Position numbers and translations under genes: made by a program. A stretch of 64,000 bases of DNA from Chiloscyllium plagiosum. Its lineage: Eukaryota. The stretch covers positions 9,445,879-9,509,878 of the forward strand of contig NC_057747.1 in the NCBI RefSeq assembly GCF_004010195.1, given 5' to 3'. Below are positions 62,469 to 64,000 of this stretch, piece by piece (the stretch's first letter is position 1; each line of letters begins with the position of its first letter). The notes under the pieces are model-generated. The model saw only the letters and a program-made list of their open reading frames with translations, did no database searches and was not told where the DNA came from.

Positions 62469-63534
62469 TGGAAGATATGCAAGGGTTATTTGTTTGTGAG
62501 CAGGGTCGATTTGTCAGCGGTTGTGGGAGAGGATATAAAGTTGCCATTGCAAGTACCTCTGACATGGAGCCACTATGCAACACAAAGGAATTTCACATTA
62601 GGAGCAGCATCTTTAGTAGCCGAGGCAGCAATACTTGCAGCCACTGATGTTTCATTTACCCTCATCACCTATCCCTGCCTTGCCTTGCTCCCCCTTCTTA
62701 AAATTAGCAATAAAACCTTTGTTCTATGCCTTCTTCACTCTGCAGGTTGAAATCTTTTTGTTGTGTAATGATTTTCCAAATACTTTTCTTTTTGTTAAGC
62801 CCCTTATTGGTATTGAGTGAAGTGTGCTTCCAGGTCCATCTCAGCACCTGCAGTAAATGTTCAACTTTGCAATGGCTTGTTGAATTACATAACGGCTTTC
62901 TGAAGTGAGTATCCCTTGTCTCTTCGCAACTATCCCTAAACTGTCCCTGTCTGATTACATCAGGGAGTGTGGACGGTCACAGGTCTAAAACATCATGGCA
63001 CTCCCTGGGAATCCAGTGCATGTGCAGATAGAAATTCTGGTGCACGCACATGGTGGTGTTTAACGTTTCTATGGTTCAGTTGTTCTGTGCTTGATTGCGT
63101 GAGTCTGATAACTGATCAACGCTCGCTGTGCTTGATTGGTTGAGCCTGGTTGTGCATAACCTTGAATGAGTCCTGAGTCCCATGAATATTCCTATGCAGG
63201 CCGAAGCCAACACCATCAGCTTGATTTTCTCTGTACTTACTGTTTGTTACACTGTATGAGAGAGAGAGAGTTTCATTCTGAATCATTGGACTTCACCTCA
63301 GACTGAGATGGTGAACGGTGCCAGGAAAAAACCCAATCCTCCAGACCAGCCATCAATGAACGGGTCCCGATGGGCAGAAGGGAATGAGACGAACTTTTTC
63401 CCTTTTTTCTTCCATTTTTTATTATTTAATATCCATTCATATTTAAGAAAATTGCTGTTAAGTCTTCTCTTAATTGCATTTACCTGAATCCAAACGAAGC
63501 GCTTGGATACATGCTGTGATTCAAGACACCCACC

Positions 63535-63692
63535 TGCTCACCATAACCCTTCATTCCTTTACTGTTCAAAAATCCATCTGTCTTTGCTTTTAAAAACATT
63601 CAATGAGGTAGCTTCAACTGTTTCACAGGGCAGGGAATTCCACAGATTCACCACCCTTTGGGTGAAAAAGTTGTTCCTCAACTCAATCCTAA
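63535..63692 (-). mobile_element. CR1 LINE 3' fragment
   Basis: Minus ORF 63559-63747 RIELRNNFFTQRVVNLWNSLPCETVEA. Confidence 0.8.
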
Positions 63693-64000
63693 AGAAGCTG
63701 CAGTTTAGATGTGATATGATAGTTAAATAGACAAAGAAAGTATGCACTCCGTGACAAATGAGAATGTTTCATTGATCCCAAAGCTCTTCTGTAGATTAGA
63801 GCATAGAGGCAGCACACTCTTACATCCCATATATCTCACTGGCTTTTCTTCGATGGTGGCCATGTTTGCTCTTCCTCCTTTTATGTAGGGGAACTCCTGG
63901 TCTTCCCTCAGGAAGATGGTGGGTCATTCTCTCGCTCTCATTTGAAGTCCTCTCTCCCCACTTATCCAGATTGATACACGTTATTTTGGGTATTCGTGCT

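Overview
Eukaryotic, repeat-dense, apparently intronic or intergenic DNA. The repeat content (HE1-type tRNA SINEs sharing a 3' tail with HER1/CR1-clade LINEs) points to a shark or other elasmobranch (inference). I recognise no intact host protein-coding gene. The ORF track is explained by decayed CR1/HER1 reverse transcriptase fragments, a Penelope GIY-YIG endonuclease fragment, a Rex1/Babar C-terminus, SINEs and low-complexity DNA. The most striking structure is a dense set (more than 15 copies, about three sequence variants) of 90-300 bp Penelope-derived mini-elements. Most carry a minimal type I hammerhead ribozyme core (CUGANGA-stem II-GAAA-NUH), are often folded back into palindromes centred at that core, and sit between 10-17 bp target-site duplications. 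Also present: solo LTRs, a Tigger-like MITE, a complex 8-bp-based satellite with an internal inversion, a 16-bp minisatellite, a few unique stretches that could be conserved non-coding elements or a small exon, and one 383-N assembly gap. Repeat boundaries were read by eye and are approximate (about +/-10 bp) unless a TSD is given. Family names come from recognition, not from a database search.
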